Origin: Candidatus Saccharimonadota bacterium
GTDB lineage: Bacteria; Bacteroidota; Bacteroidia; Flavobacteriales; Blattabacteriaceae
NCBI RefSeq assembly: GCF_028673255.1
Contig: NZ_CP110504.1
Coordinates: 124,526-156,525, forward strand
Length of the DNA: 32,000 nt
Direction of reading: 5' to 3'
The first letter of the stretch is position 1. Every line of letters begins with the position of its first letter. Shown one piece after another: positions 31,936-32,000 of this stretch. Both the position numbers and the translations under genes were made by a program. Below the pieces are notes generated by a model that was not told the origin of the DNA, did no database searches, and saw only the letters and a list, made by a program, of their open reading frames with translations.

Positions 31936-32000
31936 AAGAATATGGAAAGAAATTAACCAAAAATAAAATTAAAATAATTGAAGGTTATTTATTAAAATTA
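31924..32000. repeat. Exact inverted copy of dnaK-internal sequence (reverse complement of 7158-7234), truncated by the window end
   Basis: The match is identical over 77 of 77 nt. On the plus strand it reads in the dnaK sense. An ATG at 31932 overlaps the rpoB TGA (ATGA) and opens [23 protein letters not shown]..., identical to the DnaK lid segment. Confidence 0.95.

Overview
This window is a gene-dense, extremely AT-rich stretch of housekeeping genes with no Shine-Dalgarno sequences. It looks like part of a tiny-genome Bacteroidetes (Flavobacteriales-type) insect endosymbiont. My guess is a Candidatus Sulcia-like lineage. That guess rests on the GGAAC-type 16S 3' end, tRNA-Trp between tuf and rplK, retention of ilvE, and strongly eroded proteins; it cannot be verified without a database search.

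Gene content, left to right:
- dnaB (partial, minus strand), grpE-dnaJ, mnmA, ilvE, def
- rplT-rpmI-infC (minus), dnaK (minus)
- rplM-rpsI-rpsB-tsf, tRNA-Leu and tRNA-Gly (minus)
- mutS, clpX, clpP, dnaX (all minus)
- a complete minus-strand rRNA operon: 16S, tRNA-Ile, tRNA-Ala, 23S, 5S
- a frameshifted queA, then sufE and tsaB
- the ancient tRNA cluster Thr-Tyr-Gly-Thr followed by tuf and tRNA-Trp
- rplK-rplA-rplJ-rplL-rpoB

Every sizeable ORF is accounted for by a conserved housekeeping family. I see no mobile element, CRISPR array, defence island or unexplained multi-gene system, and I do not claim one.

Observations worth a second look:
1. An exact inverted copy of at least 77 bp from inside dnaK abuts the rpoB stop codon, where rpoC is expected. 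It is cut off by the window edge, so it could be a rearrangement breakpoint or an assembly chimera.
2. The 16S 3' end has no CCUCC anti-Shine-Dalgarno sequence, and gene leaders are A-rich with no SD.
3. queA is decayed by at least two frameshifts.
4. The translation-start regions of mutS and infC are tandemly duplicated. For mutS this creates a stop/start-overlapping mini-ORF.
5. DnaJ keeps only two of the four CxxCxGxG zinc motifs.
6. A 17-bp copy of an internal 16S segment sits in the rRNA leader.
7. secE and nusG are absent from the tuf-rplK junction.
8. A GC-elevated, hairpin-forming intergenic segment lies next to tRNA-Gly.
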